DNA of 63,086 nucleotides, filler included, from Dehalococcoidia bacterium (GTDB taxonomy: Bacteria > Chloroflexota > Dehalococcoidia > DSTF01 > JACRBR01): NCBI GenBank assembly GCA_041494685.1. It is 3 parts of 3 records of this genome, joined end to end, with 100 filler letters (N's around TTAATTAATTAA, not from the genome) between each part and the next. Parts side by side here need not be neighbours in the genome. Positions count along the whole stretch, not along the records: positions 36,494 to 63,086 come from JBGQBE010000046.1; 2 more parts are not named here. One strand, 5' to 3'. Made by a program: the position numbers and the translations under genes. Below are positions 40,110 through 51,396 of the stretch, piece after piece. The notes under the pieces are model-generated. The model saw nothing but the letters and a program-made list of their open reading frames with translations, was not told the origin of the DNA and did not search any database. The first letter of the stretch is position 1; every line of letters starts with the position of its first letter.

Positions 40110-41686
40110 GTTGTTGCCGAAGGGTCCTACGTCGCGGCAGTTCTTGGTGCGCGCAAGGTCGCTGAACGTCACCAAGTTTGAAGCCCAGCTAAACAGCGAG
40201 GCGCTGCCGCGGGATCGGGCTTCAGTGCGCTGCTCCGGGCTGCTCGCTTGATGTTCATCGCCGCCGCCGTGAGCCACAGCTGGATCTGGACGCGGCGTCT
40301 CCCCTTGAAGCGCATCCGTCTCAGGTCGTGCAGTTCTTTTGGCGAGGCCGAAGACCCCTCTATATAGGTATAGGTCTTCCGCTCGACGAGCCGCCGTATT
40401 CCGAACGGGCTCGCGACCCGTTCCTGCGCAGCGTCGACCAGGTCGAGGGCCCACGAGCGGTGCAGTGAGCGCGCGATCCCCGAAAGAGCGCGCTGCGAGC
40501 GAAACGGACAGGCAACGCAGCTGCCCCTGGGCGCTTGATAGCGCACGCGCTGCGTCCCCTTCATGTTGGAGTACCGCCGCAGCCGCTCGCCGGCGGGACA
40601 GAGAAAGGCATCCTCTGCAGGCGGCCAGGTGAAGTGCTCGCGTCCCCAGATGCCCGTGTGCTGGTTGCCGAAGCGGGTGGTGGGAATGAAGGCCGGGATG
40701 CCGGCGTGCTCTAGGTAGAGGTAGTTGAGCGTGGTTCCATACTTTGGCGTCCGCGACGGCAGCGGGAATGGCGTGCTTGCTGAGCCGGCGGTGCTGCCAG
40801 AGCACGTCCGGGAGGAGATGCTTATCCGCTTCGGCGCCGGTGGTGGCCACGGCGGCGGTGATCACCTGGCCGCGTCGCCCGGCGACGGCCATGTGCGCCT
40901 TGTAGGCGAGATGGCGGCCGAAGTCAGGTCGGTTGACCAGCGTCGCCTCGGGATCGGTCCGACTCTGCAGTTCCTGATTGGGCCGGAGCAGCGGGCCTCC
41001 TGCAGACGGAGGACTGCCCGCCGGCGGTTCCGCATCAGGCGGCGGGGCTTCCGCGGCGACGTCGTCCTGGTCGAGGCGACGCAGGTACTCCGTCACGGAC
41101 AAGGGCGGGCGCGCCACGTCAGCTCGCTGGGTCAGGGAATCCACCGAAGCACTGGCCTGCATGAGGGTGCTGTCGACGTAGACCGGTCCCTCTTCCATGA
41201 GGCCTGCCTGCCGGCAGAGCTCGATCGACTGACGGAAGAATTCCTCAAAGACCAAGCTGCCAAAGCGCGCACGCGCCTTCGAGAGCACGCTGCGATCCGG
41301 CGTCGGCAGATCGATGTCGTAGCCCAGGAACCAGCGATAGCCCAGGTGCAGACGCACCTCCTCGGCCAGGCGCCGTTCGGACGTGATGCCGTAGAGGTAA
41401 CCCAGCAGCAGCATCTTGAAGATGACGACTGGATCGACGGACGGCTGGCCCGTGTGGCTGTAGAAGGGGCGGCAGAGTGGCCGGACGAAGGAGAAGTCGA
41501 CGGCTTCGGCGATGCGCCGTAGCAAATGGTCCTGGGGTACGAGCCGGTCGAGTGACAACTGGTAGTAGAGCTTGGTCTCGAAGTCCCGCTGGCCCATCAT
41601 CGGCGGCCTCCTCATCTCTGGGAGGCCACGCGCCCGTGTCGATCATATCACTGACGCGATCCCAACACGATCAGTTCGGCAACAAC
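40110..41686 (-). mobile_element. IS1182-family element with frameshifted transposase
   Basis: LVPQDHLLR...GQPSVDP...YLYGITSER, VDST, CPAG, RFKGRRRV. 12-bp inverted repeats GTTGTTGCCGAA (40110-40121 and 41675-41686). Frameshifts near 40743 and 40365. Confidence 0.88.
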
Positions 41687-42046
41687 CCCCTGCGATGGTG
41701 TGCGGCCCAGGCTGGTGCTTCTTGCGCGGCTCCTCCGCCTGCAGTGCGCGCTGCTGGTCGGCCGCGCCTCGTCGGCAGCGTGCTCCGGCGCGCGGCCCAA
41801 CGTCAAGTACTAGGTGCGTCAACTCGTCGAGCGCCTTTACGCTCACCATGGGCGTACTCCTCTCTCAGCTCGTTGGTTCTTGCTGAGAGGGTACGCCCTC
41901 GTTCTTACCCACTGAACGGTAACTACCTTGTGTGGCAGTGCTCTTGACGTTTGTGCGAGATCAGGTGGACAATACGATCAACGTACAACGCTGCACAGTA
42001 CCTTGCGGATGGTGCGCCAGTCGCGCTAGGGCATCGGAGGCCGCGC

Positions 42047-43699
42047 ATGAACCGCCGTATCGTGGTCCTAGGAGCGCTAACTCTCGCGAGCGGATGCTTG
42101 TTGATTGCGACGGCGACAAGGTCGTCGACCGTGGCGACAGGAGCAACGGTTGGCACGGGCCCCGCGATCTCAATCGGGCCCCCGACACTTATCAGCGGAA
42201 AGCTCGTTGTTCCAGTGAACGCGTCCGGAGCAGGGTTTGACCCGTACGCTTCTTGGAACATCCATTTGCGTTGGACACCTGGCGTCTTCGCGTTTTCGAG
42301 TGCAAGCGCGGCCGGCGGTGTCATCGATCCGGCCGATGGCAATCTGTGTCCTGCACCGAATACCACCAAGTATGACAGTGATGGCGGCGGCGTCCTCTAT
42401 AGCTGCTTGATCGTTGGAGGTTCGACCACGGCAACAGGACTGATGGCGACGTTCAAGTTGACGCCGGCGGCCTCGGGGTGTGCGACCCTGCATCTCTTTA
42501 CCTTCGGTCCACCGGATGGGGGCACCACTGCAAGTGGGACGGCGACTCTGAACCCGAACACAGGCATCGCGCAATTCAACGCATATGGAGCGGATGTCAA
42601 CGTCGGGGTGAGCGGGAACCCTTGTACGCCGCCGGGAACGGTGACGCCTACATTGACGCCTACGGCTACCGCGACATCGACCGCGACGTCAACTCCAACG
42701 GCCATCGCTACGCCGCTTACCGGCTTCCCTGATCTGACGGTGTCAGGCCTGAGCGTACCTCAGGGTACTGACAGTGGTGGAATGGCATCATACAGCGTCG
42801 TGGTGTCAAACATTGGTGACGCCTTGGCGGTGAACGTTCGTCTCGAGGTCAGCTTGCCGCTTGGTGCCGTGCCATCGAAAACCTCCGGGTGTTCCGTCTA
42901 CGCGTCGAGCCACTGGTTCTGTACTGTTCCGGATCTCGGTGCGCTGCACACCCCAGGCGATATGGCCGGCCTCGTCATCGACGTTCACGAGCGTGTCTCA
43001 ACCGCCGGCATCGTGGCGATGGCGCAAGTGCACGTGAGCGCGTCGAACGAGCCCCCGGTGAATGTCGGTAACAACACCGCGGAGATTGTCACAAACGTGC
43101 GCGGCTGTCCGGACCTGAATGGCGACAATATCGTAGATCTATCTGACCTCACGCTTGGAATGGCGTCGTACCTGCTGCATGTGGGCGATCCGGGATACAA
43201 TCCCCTCGCGGACCAGAACGGGGACGGCACGATCACGCTCCAAGACCTGACTGTCATGAGTGGCAGGTATCTGGACACATGCAAGGGCCTGGATAGTGAT
43301 CATGACGGACTGTCCGACTACGATGAGGTACACGCATACGGCACGGATCCCTACCGCTCCGACACCGACGGTGACGGGCTTCCCGACGGTGTGGAAGTCT
43401 GGACCTACAGCTCTAATCCGCTTATCGCTGATACCGATGGCGACGGATACTCCGACAGTGAGGAGGCGGCCCTTGGCAAAGATCCGCGCGTGTTCTGCTG
43501 GATCATGAGGACCGATGTCAGTCACGACGGGATCGTAGATCTGGCTGACCTCACGATCGCCGCCAGTTCGTATCTGAAGTCCACTGGCGAGATCGGATTC
43601 CAGCCGCGGGCGGACAGCGACGCGAACGGCATTGTCGACCTGTCCGACCTCACCATTATCGCGCTGTATTACCTCCAGTCCGTTCAGGGCTGTACATAA
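42047..43699 (+). CDS. Secreted protein: cohesin-like, PT linker, DUF11-like, dockerin-like, DxDGDG Ca-binding repeats, second dockerin-like
   Basis: Signal peptide after RBS GGAGG; YASWNIHLRWTP...GLMATF; CPDLNGDNIVDLSDL...DQNGDGTITLQDL; RTDVSHDGIVDLADL...DANGIVDLSDL...CT. Confidence 0.82.
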   Translation: MNRRIVVLGALTLASGCLLIATATRSSTVATGATVGTGPAISIGPPTLISGKLVVPVNASGAGFDPYASWNIHLRWTPGVFAFSSASAAGGVIDPADGNLCPAPNTTKYDSDGGGVLYSCLIVGGSTTATGLMATFKLTPAASGCATLHLFTFGPPDGGTTASGTATLNPNTGIAQFNAYGADVNVGVSGNPCTPPGTVTPTLTPTATATSTATSTPTAIATPLTGFPDLTVSGLSVPQGTDSGGMASYSVVVSNIGDALAVNVRLEVSLPLGAVPSKTSGCSVYASSHWFCTVPDLGALHTPGDMAGLVIDVHERVSTAGIVAMAQVHVSASNEPPVNVGNNTAEIVTNVRGCPDLNGDNIVDLSDLTLGMASYLLHVGDPGYNPLADQNGDGTITLQDLTVMSGRYLDTCKGLDSDHDGLSDYDEVHAYGTDPYRSDTDGDGLPDGVEVWTYSSNPLIADTDGDGYSDSEEAALGKDPRVFCWIMRTDVSHDGIVDLADLTIAASSYLKSTGEIGFQPRADSDANGIVDLSDLTIIALYYLQSVQGCT

Positions 43700-43950
43700 G
43701 GACGGCGTAGCTGAACCTGCTGTTGGTCCCTGTCCGCTGATCGCCTGAGAACGTGTGTCGGTAACCGGTGATGGTCGCCCGGCTACCTCGTGGCACGCTA
43801 ATATCCACACCCTGCTAGCTCCGGTTGTAGCCGCCGACCGGGCGCACGATTGTGCCATCGTGTGCGCGTTGTTGTGTTAGTGGCGCGAGGAGACGATAGT
43901 GTCGGCGCCCGGCGTCGTCGCGATGCCGCCACGAAGGAAGGATCGAGCCC

Positions 43951-44715
43951 ATGTGTTACGCCTACGACGCCGAGCCGCCGATGCCGCCGGTCGCCGGTGC
44001 GGCGGCGGACGCGCGAGACCTCACGCTGACGTCGGCGGACGGCACGCCGTTCGCCGCGTTCATGGCCGGCGCGCAGCGGCCGGACGGCGCGGGCGTGGTG
44101 GTGCTGCCGGACGTGCGCGGGCTCTTTCGCTTCTACGAGGAGCTGGCGCTGCGGTTCGCGGAGCAGGGCATCAACAGCGTGGCGATCGACTACTTCGGCC
44201 GCACGGCCGGCGTCGGTAAGCGGGACGAAGCGTTCCCGTTCATGGAGCACGTGATGCAGACGCGCGCCGACAACATCCGCGCCGACGTCGCCGCCGCCGT
44301 CGTGTACTTGCGCTCGCCGGAGGGCGGCAGTTGCACGTCGGTGTTCACGGTCGGGTTTTGCTTCGGCGGCTCGAACTCGTGGCTGCAGGCGGCGGGCGGG
44401 CACGATCTCGCCGGCGTCATCGGCTTCTACGGGCGGCCGGGCGCGGGCCGCGACGGCTCGCCGGGGCCCGCGCAGCGCGCGGCGGAGTTCCGCTGTCCGG
44501 TGCTGGCGCTGATGGGCGGCGCGGACCAGGGCATCCCGCAGGATCAGATCGACGCGTTCGCCGCGGCGCTGCAGGCCGCGGGCGTCGCGCACGAGGTCGT
44601 GGTGTATCCGGGCGCGCCGCACAGCTTCTTCGATCGCAGCTACGAGCAGCACGCCGAGGCGTCGGCCGACGCGTGGCGGCGGATGCTGGCGTTCGTCGCG
44701 GCGCACTGCCGGTAG
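43951..44715 (+). CDS. Dienelactone hydrolase family protein
   Basis: PDVRGL, GFCFGG, GGAD, YPGAPHSF. Confidence 0.93.
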   Translation: MCYAYDAEPPMPPVAGAAADARDLTLTSADGTPFAAFMAGAQRPDGAGVVVLPDVRGLFRFYEELALRFAEQGINSVAIDYFGRTAGVGKRDEAFPFMEHVMQTRADNIRADVAAAVVYLRSPEGGSCTSVFTVGFCFGGSNSWLQAAGGHDLAGVIGFYGRPGAGRDGSPGPAQRAAEFRCPVLALMGGADQGIPQDQIDAFAAALQAAGVAHEVVVYPGAPHSFFDRSYEQHAEASADAWRRMLAFVAAHCR

Positions 44716-44844
44716 CGTCCGGCGCGGCCGTTGACCTAAGCGGATGCCCTATCAGGGCGCCCCGAATCGGCGCGAATAGCGGTGCGGGCTTCGGGAAGTG
44801 GCCCAGGTCGTTGTTGCAGGGGTATCGCGCGCCGATAAGCCCTC

Positions 44845-46539
44845 ATGGAGACACCGAACGGGGCACGCGCTCCGCGCTCGCCTGAATCGACCCGCGGCCA
44901 CCGGCTGAAGGTCGCGGCGTCGCTGCGCCGCCAGATGGGCATTGAGTTCTTCAAGCCGGGAGCGGTGCTGGTCCGCCAGGGCGAGTCCATGCGCCGGATG
45001 TACCTGATCGCGTCCGGCACGGTCAGGGTGGTGCTGGGAGCGGGGAGCGAGTCGCAACTCCTGGCGCGGCTGGGGCGCGGCGCCTGGATCGGCGAGACAG
45101 CGCTTCTCACGGGATCGGTCTCCTCGACGACGGTCGTGGCGGAGACCGATGTGCGCGTGTTCACGATCAGCCAGCAGGACTTCCTCACCGCCGCGGAGAC
45201 GGATCCGACGGTGTTCCGGGAGATCGCCCGCGAGCTCGCCCATCGCCTGCGTTCAGCCGACGACCTGATCGAGCGGACGGACGGGCGCAGGCTCGTCGAG
45301 CTTCGCCACGAGCCGGCGCACGCCGCGCATGTCGACGACGTGCTTGCGGCGTGCGGCCGCTGGGCGCGGGGCGGGTACCTGGCGGTGACGCTCCACGACG
45401 CCGGGCAGGGCGGGCGGTCTGTGCAGGAGTACGTGCGCGCCGGCGAGATCGCTTCACTCCGCGCGCGGCTCGACGGTGACGAAGCTGTCGTCGTCCCCGC
45501 GGGCGGCGCCACCGAAGCTGAGCTCGCCGCCTTCATCCGCAGCGTGAGCGATTTCACGGACCTCGTCGTGATCGCGGGCGGCAGTCTGCCCGCGTCGGTG
45601 GCGGACGATCTCGCCGCGATCGTCACCCTCGGCGCGCCCGATGGTCCGCGACTGGTCGCGTCCGGCGACGTCCCGCACCACGTGTGCCCGGTCGACGCGC
45701 GGTTCGACGCGCACCGAGTGGCACGGCGCATCTGCCAGCAGCGCGTCGGGCTCGCCTTCGGCGGCGGCGGCGCGCGCGGCTTCGCGCATATCGGCGTGCT
45801 CAAGGTGCTCGCGTCGGCCGGCATCCCGATCGACGCGGTCACGGGCGCGAGCATCGGCGCGGCGGTGGCGGCGGGGATCGCCGCGGGCCGCTCCGAGGAT
45901 GATGTCGCGGCGTCCATCGAATCCGCGGGGCGCTGGGCGGCGGTGCCGATGCTGCTGCCGCTGCACGGGATCTTCACGAGCACGTTCGTCGAGCGCGAGT
46001 TGCGACGGCAGTTCGGTGACATGCGTTTCGAGGATCTATCGCTCCCGCTGGCGGTCGTTGCGGTCGACCTTCACAGTGGCGAAGAGGTGGTCTTCACGAG
46101 CGGCGCGCTTGTCCCGGCGCTCCTCGCCAGCATGGCCGTGCCCGGGATCTTCGCTCCCGTGCGCCATGACGGGCGTGTGCTTATCGATGGGGCGGTGCGC
46201 AACCCGGTGCCGGCCGGCACCTGCCGCGTCCTGGGCGCGGACGTCGTGATCGCCTCGCGCATGCGGGTGGCGGGCGACGCGGGCGCGGCCGACGAGAAGC
46301 GGAGCCTGCCCTGGCTGCCCGAGACGATCGCGCGGGCGCTGGGGTTGATGCAGGATCAGATCTCGGAGGAGAGCAGGCCGGACGCCGACGTCACCATCGA
46401 CACGGTGATCTCGCGGGAGCAGGGCGGCCTGTTCGACTTCGGCCACAGGCACGCCATCGAAGCGGCGGGCGAGACGGCGGCGATCTCGTCGCTGCCCGGC
46501 ATCGCCGAGCGCGTGCCGGGCGTGCGCCGGGCTGCGTAA
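44845..46539 (+). CDS. cNMP-binding domain patatin-like phospholipase
   Basis: QGE...IGETALL cNMP domain; GGGGARG, GASIG, DGA. Confidence 0.9.
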   Translation: METPNGARAPRSPESTRGHRLKVAASLRRQMGIEFFKPGAVLVRQGESMRRMYLIASGTVRVVLGAGSESQLLARLGRGAWIGETALLTGSVSSTTVVAETDVRVFTISQQDFLTAAETDPTVFREIARELAHRLRSADDLIERTDGRRLVELRHEPAHAAHVDDVLAACGRWARGGYLAVTLHDAGQGGRSVQEYVRAGEIASLRARLDGDEAVVVPAGGATEAELAAFIRSVSDFTDLVVIAGGSLPASVADDLAAIVTLGAPDGPRLVASGDVPHHVCPVDARFDAHRVARRICQQRVGLAFGGGGARGFAHIGVLKVLASAGIPIDAVTGASIGAAVAAGIAAGRSEDDVAASIESAGRWAAVPMLLPLHGIFTSTFVERELRRQFGDMRFEDLSLPLAVVAVDLHSGEEVVFTSGALVPALLASMAVPGIFAPVRHDGRVLIDGAVRNPVPAGTCRVLGADVVIASRMRVAGDAGAADEKRSLPWLPETIARALGLMQDQISEESRPDADVTIDTVISREQGGLFDFGHRHAIEAAGETAAISSLPGIAERVPGVRRAA

Positions 46540-46551
46540 CCTCGGCGCGAC

Positions 46552-47385
46552 CTATCGTCCCTTGAAGGCAGGCTCGCGCTTCTCGACGAAGCTCAGCGCG
46601 CCCTCACGGTGGTCCTCCGTCGTGAAGAGGTAGGCGAGCGCCTGCATGACGTACGCCCCGATCTCGCGCGGGTCGCCGTGGGCCGACATGCGCAGGCCCT
46701 GCTTCATGTAGCGCATCGCGATCGGCGGGTTGGCGGCGATCTTGCGCGCCATCTCCGTCGCCGCGGCCATCAGCTCGTCGTGCGGCACGACGCGCGCCAC
46801 GAGCCCGATGCGCTCCGCCTCACGCGCGTCGATGATGTCGCCGGTGAACAGCAGCTCCGCCGCCTTCGACGGCCCGACGACCTGCGGCAGCCGCCAGAGG
46901 CCCCCGAGGTCCGACACGAGCCCGCGCTTGATGAACAGCTCGCCGAACTTCGCGCGGTCGCTGGCGATGCGGATGTCGCAGAAGAGCGCGAGGTCCATCC
47001 CCCATCCGACGGCCGCGCCGTCGACCGCGGCGATCACCGGCTTGTCGCACTCCAGCACGGCCATGGCCGCCGGTGTCGGACGCGGCTTCGGGTCACGCTG
47101 TCGCTTGATGCCGTCGCTCGCGGCCGGGTCGAGCATGATCTCCTTCACGTCGTCGCCGGAGCAGAACGCGCCGCCCTCGCCGGTGAGGACGACGCAACGC
47201 ACGTCCGGGTCGGCGTGCGCGTCGCGGAACGCTTGCTCCAGCCGCGCGTACATTTCGCGGTTCAGCGCGTTCTTGACCTGCGGCCGGTCCAGCGTGACGG
47301 TCGCGACGTGTTCGGCTACGTCGTATCGCAGCACCACGGGATGATCCTTTCGGTGGCTCTTGCGGCGCGAGACCGGCGGCGCCAC
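46552..47385 (-). CDS. Enoyl-CoA hydratase/isomerase family protein
   Basis: AFCSGDD, KPVIAAVDGAAVGWG, DHREG...EKREP; start uncertain. Confidence 0.93.
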   Translation of the reverse strand: MAPPVSRRKSHRKDHPVVLRYDVAEHVATVTLDRPQVKNALNREMYARLEQAFRDAHADPDVRCVVLTGEGGAFCSGDDVKEIMLDPAASDGIKRQRDPKPRPTPAAMAVLECDKPVIAAVDGAAVGWGMDLALFCDIRIASDRAKFGELFIKRGLVSDLGGLWRLPQVVGPSKAAELLFTGDIIDAREAERIGLVARVVPHDELMAAATEMARKIAANPPIAMRYMKQGLRMSAHGDPREIGAYVMQALAYLFTTEDHREGALSFVEKREPAFKGR

Positions 47386-47481
47386 GCCCGGATTATCGGC
47401 GATCGGCGCGCGCTGCGGCTACCGGCAGCGGCGGTACCATGGGGCGATCGTCACGAACGTGGCGTTCCGGGGAGGCGCGGT

Positions 47482-48864
47482 ATGGACCGAAGCGCGATCG
47501 AGAGAGCGGCACGGCTGGCGGGGCTGACGCTCGACGCCGAGACGGAGGTCTCGGTCGAGGGCGCCGACCCGGTGCTCCCGACTCCGTTCCACCTGGGCGA
47601 AGGCGCGGCGACGGCGCTGGCGCTGGCCGGCCAGGAGGCGAGCCGCATCTGGGAGCTGCGCGCGGGCCGGCGCCAGGCGCTCTCGGTCAGCGTGCAGCAC
47701 GCGGCGGCGTCGCTGCGCAGCTACACCGCGATCCATCTCGCGGATGCGGTGCCGGCGCAGATGCGGCGCATGCCGCCCGTGACGGCGATCTGGGAGTGCG
47801 GCGACGGACGGCACATTCAGCTGCATGGCAGTTTCACACACGCACCCGACATCCTCGCGGAGCTTGGCCTGGGCGGGGCCGCCGAGGCGGACGAGATCGG
47901 CGCCGCGGCGCACCGGCGCGGCGCGTTCGAACTGGAAGACGCGCTGGCGGCGAAGGGGCTCTGCGCGGCGGTCTGCAGGACGGCCGAGGAGTGGGCGGCG
48001 CACGCGCAGGGGGCGCTGCTCGCGGCGATGCCGGTGGTGGAGGTCACGCGCATCGGCAACGGTCCGCCGGTGCCGTTTGGTGAGGCCGCCCGCCCGCTGA
48101 GCGGCGTGCGCGTGCTCGACCTCACGCGCGTGCTTGCGGGCCCGACGTGCGCGCGCACGCTCGCCGAGCACGGCGCGGACGTGCTGCACATCGCGTCGCC
48201 CGCGCTTCCGACGATCGAGATGTTCGAGATGGACACGGGGCACGGCAAACGGCAGGCATATCTCGATCTCGACGTCGCCGGCGACGCCGACACGCTGCGC
48301 GAACTCGTGCGCGGGGCGGACGTCTTCTCGCAGGGATTCCGGCTCGGGTCGCTGGCGCGCCGGGGGTTCGGCCCGGAGCAGTTCGCGGAGCTGCGGCCGG
48401 GCATCGTCTACGTCTCCGAGAACACGTTCGGGCACGTGGGGCCGTGGCGAGAGCGGCCGGGGTGGGAGCAGCTCGCGCAGGCGGCGACGGGCGTGTCCGT
48501 CGTGCAGGGCGGCGCGCAGCCGACGCTGGCGCCGGCGGCGATGAACGACTACACGACGGGGTACTTCGCGGCGATGGGCGCGATGATGGCGCTGCGGCGG
48601 CGGGCGACCGAGGGCGGATCGTGGCTGGTGCGGGTGTCGCTGGCGCAGACGAGCATGTGGTACTACCGGCTGGGCATCGATCTCGACCGGGAGGCGGCGG
48701 CCGGTCTCGGCGACGTGGCCGTGCTCACGGAGCGGCGCGACACCGGCTACGGGGCGATGACGTACTTGCGCCCCGCGCTCCGCATGTCCGAGACGGAGCC
48801 GCACTGGGCGATCCCGACGTCGCCGCTGGGCAGCGGCGAGCCGGTTTGGGCCTCACGCGAGTGA
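47482..48864 (+). CDS. Family III CoA transferase (CaiB/BaiF)
   Basis: PLSGVRVLDLTRVLAGP...LAEHGADV...DTGHGKR; RBS GGAGG. Confidence 0.92.
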   Translation: MDRSAIERAARLAGLTLDAETEVSVEGADPVLPTPFHLGEGAATALALAGQEASRIWELRAGRRQALSVSVQHAAASLRSYTAIHLADAVPAQMRRMPPVTAIWECGDGRHIQLHGSFTHAPDILAELGLGGAAEADEIGAAAHRRGAFELEDALAAKGLCAAVCRTAEEWAAHAQGALLAAMPVVEVTRIGNGPPVPFGEAARPLSGVRVLDLTRVLAGPTCARTLAEHGADVLHIASPALPTIEMFEMDTGHGKRQAYLDLDVAGDADTLRELVRGADVFSQGFRLGSLARRGFGPEQFAELRPGIVYVSENTFGHVGPWRERPGWEQLAQAATGVSVVQGGAQPTLAPAAMNDYTTGYFAAMGAMMALRRRATEGGSWLVRVSLAQTSMWYYRLGIDLDREAAAGLGDVAVLTERRDTGYGAMTYLRPALRMSETEPHWAIPTSPLGSGEPVWASRE

Positions 48865-48876
48865 GCGTGGTTGCGG

Positions 48877-49059
48877 CTACGAGCGCTTGATGATGGCGCG
48901 GTACGGGCAGTAGCCGGCGCAGGAGCCGCAGCCGGTGCAGCCGCTCTGGCGGATGACGAACTGCCGTTTCGCCTCGACGATCGCGGACTGCGGACACATG
49001 TCCGCACAGGCTCCGCAACTCATGCAGTCGGTGCTGATCGTGTAACGGGAAGCAGGCAT
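48877..49059 (-). CDS. 2[4Fe-4S] ferredoxin
   Basis: CMSCGACADMCP and CTGCGSCAGYCP. Confidence 0.93.
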   Translation of the reverse strand: MPASRYTISTDCMSCGACADMCPQSAIVEAKRQFVIRQSGCTGCGSCAGYCPYRAIIKRS

Positions 49060-49288
49060 GGTACGCCTCCGCCGTCTCGTATCCACCCGCCGCGCGCCCC
49101 TCGCGGTTCGTGGCTTACCCCCGGATCGTGCCATACGTCGGAATTGCCGGGAAAGGGCCGATCGGCCTGAGCATGCGGGGGGAGGGCGGCGTGGCTGGGG
49201 GGCGGTGGCGCTGCCATCGAAGGGACAGCCTGGCTTCGACCACCCACAGCCGGGGACGGCTGTGCCACACGATTGGGCTCGGGCGGCG

Positions 49289-50926
49289 TCAGACGATCGC
49301 GGCCTCGGTGTAGGCGCCGAAGACTTCGCGCATGACGTCGCAGCACTCCTGGAGCGTGGCGTAGGCCTTCACGGCGTCGATCAGGTGGGGCATCACGTTC
49401 TCGTCGCCGCGGCACGCCTGCGCGAGGCAGCCGAGGGCGCGCGCCGCCTCGCGGTCGTCGCGCGTGCGGCGGATCTCTTGCAGGCGCGCGACCTGGCGGT
49501 CGTAGCCCTGCGGGTCCATGTCGAGGATCGGGATCTCGATCGGCTCCTGCATGACGTAGTCGTTGACGCCGACGATCGTGCGGTCGTGGCGGTCGATCTC
49601 CCGCTGGTAGCGGAACGAGGCGTCGGCGATCTCGCGCTGGAAGAAGCCGCTCTCGATCGCCGGGAGCACGCCGCCGATCTCGTCGATGCGGCGGAAGTAG
49701 GCGTAGGCCTCCGCCTCGGTCTCGTCCGTGAGCCGTTCGACGAACCAGCTGCCGCCGAGCGGGTCGATGGTGTTCGCGGCGCCCGACTCGTGCGCGATCA
49801 CCTGCTGCGTGCGCAGCGCGAGCCGCGCCGCCTTCTCGCTCGGCAGGGCGAGCGCCTCGTCCATCGAGTTCGTGTGCAGCGACTGCGTGCCGCCGAGCAC
49901 CGCGGCGAGCGCCTGGATGGTGGTGCGGACGAGGTTGACCTCGGGCTGCTGCGCCGTGAGGGAGACGCCGGCGGTCTGCGTGTGGAAGCGCATCCACCAC
50001 GATCGTTCGTTCTTCGCGCCGAAGGTGTCGCGCATCTCGCGCGCCCAGATGCGCCGCGCGGCGCGGAACTTGGCGACCTCTTCGAAGAGGTCGTTGTGCG
50101 AGTTGAAGAAGAAGCTGAGGCGCGGCGCGAAGTCGTCGATGTCCATGCCGCGGGCGAGGCACCAGCGGACGTACTCGAAGCCATCCGCCAGGGTGAAGGC
50201 GAGCTCCTGCGCCGCCGTCGAGCCGGCCTCGCGGATGTGGTAGCCGCTGATGCTGATCGTGTTCCACTTCGGCATCTCGCGCGAGCCGAACTCGATCGTG
50301 TCGACGACGAGGCGCATCGATGGGCGAGGCGGGAAGAGGAACTCCTTCTGGGCGATGAACTCCTTGAGGATGTCGTTCTGCAGCGTCCCGGCGAGATGGC
50401 TCCGCGGGACGCCGCGCTTCTCGGCGGCGGCGATGTACATCGCCCAGATCACGGCGGCGGGTGAGTTGATGGTCATCGAGGTCGTGATCCGGTCGAGGGG
50501 AAGGCCGTCGAGGAGGATCTCCATGTCGCGGAGGTGCGAGACGCCGACGCCGCACTTCCCGAACTCGCCGAGCGCCTCCGGCGCGTCGGTGTCATAGCCG
50601 TAGAGCGTCGCCATGTCGAAGGCGATGGAGAGGCCGGTTTGGCCCTGCGAGAGGAGGTAGCGGAAGCGCGCGTTCGTCTCTTCGACGCTGCCGAAGCCGG
50701 CGAACATCCGCATGGTCCAGGACTTGCCCCGGTAGCCGGTCGCGTGGACGCCGCGCGTGAACGGGTACTGCCCCGGCGCGCCCAGGTCGCGCTCGTAGTC
50801 GAGCGGCGCGTCGGCGGGCTCGTAGACCGGCTCGATGGGGCGGCTGGAGGCCGTCATGAACTTGCGGGCGTCCGGCTCGCGCGGGGGACGCGGCTCGTTG
50901 CCGCCGCCGGTCGTTCGCTCAGGCAC
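49289..50926 (-). CDS. icmA: B12-dependent acyl-CoA mutase large subunit, isobutyryl-CoA mutase-like
   Basis: [43 protein letters not shown]; no B12-binding domain. Confidence 0.85.
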   Translation of the reverse strand: MPERTTGGGNEPRPPREPDARKFMTASSRPIEPVYEPADAPLDYERDLGAPGQYPFTRGVHATGYRGKSWTMRMFAGFGSVEETNARFRYLLSQGQTGLSIAFDMATLYGYDTDAPEALGEFGKCGVGVSHLRDMEILLDGLPLDRITTSMTINSPAAVIWAMYIAAAEKRGVPRSHLAGTLQNDILKEFIAQKEFLFPPRPSMRLVVDTIEFGSREMPKWNTISISGYHIREAGSTAAQELAFTLADGFEYVRWCLARGMDIDDFAPRLSFFFNSHNDLFEEVAKFRAARRIWAREMRDTFGAKNERSWWMRFHTQTAGVSLTAQQPEVNLVRTTIQALAAVLGGTQSLHTNSMDEALALPSEKAARLALRTQQVIAHESGAANTIDPLGGSWFVERLTDETEAEAYAYFRRIDEIGGVLPAIESGFFQREIADASFRYQREIDRHDRTIVGVNDYVMQEPIEIPILDMDPQGYDRQVARLQEIRRTRDDREAARALGCLAQACRGDENVMPHLIDAVKAYATLQECCDVMREVFGAYTEAAIV

Positions 50927-51100
50927 TGCCTCACCTCCGCAAGCGCCGTGTGTCTGATTGTACGGGAAAGGGGCGCGGTCGCCGACGAGGAAACTGAAAG
51001 TATCGGGAGTCGTGACCGTGGGCGTCGGTGGAACGCCGATGATGGCCGGTCGCGCCCCCGGCGACATCCCGAGTGAGAGATCTCAGATCGGGAGGCGATC

Positions 51101-51286
51101 ATGGTGCGAAACGCGTCCTCACCCCGGTGCCCGAAATGCGGCTGCGCGAACGGCCATAACTGCGAGTACGAGCGCTGCGGGCGCTGCGGCCAGCGGGGCC
51201 TGTCGCTCGTCGCCCTCTACGCTGACGGCGACGTCCGCGTCGCTCCGCGCGCGTCGCTGAGCGACGCCCTGTTCTTCGCGGCGTAG
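51101..51286 (+). CDS. Small Cys-rich (zinc-ribbon-like) hypothetical protein
   Basis: RBS GGAGG; CPKCGC...C...CGRC. Confidence 0.5.
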   Translation: MVRNASSPRCPKCGCANGHNCEYERCGRCGQRGLSLVALYADGDVRVAPRASLSDALFFAA

Positions 51287-51396
51287 CACCGGGCAACCGG
51301 CAACGGCGTCCGGCGCAGGGGGCGGGGCGGACAAGTCTGAGGACCGGTCCCTACGGGGATCGGGATGAACATGCGGGGCGTTGCGGAGTGCTCGCC

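Noticed and set aside
40725..40760. Programmed frameshift in the IS1182 transposase
   Set aside because: A second frameshift near 40365 indicates decay or sequencing error rather than recoding.
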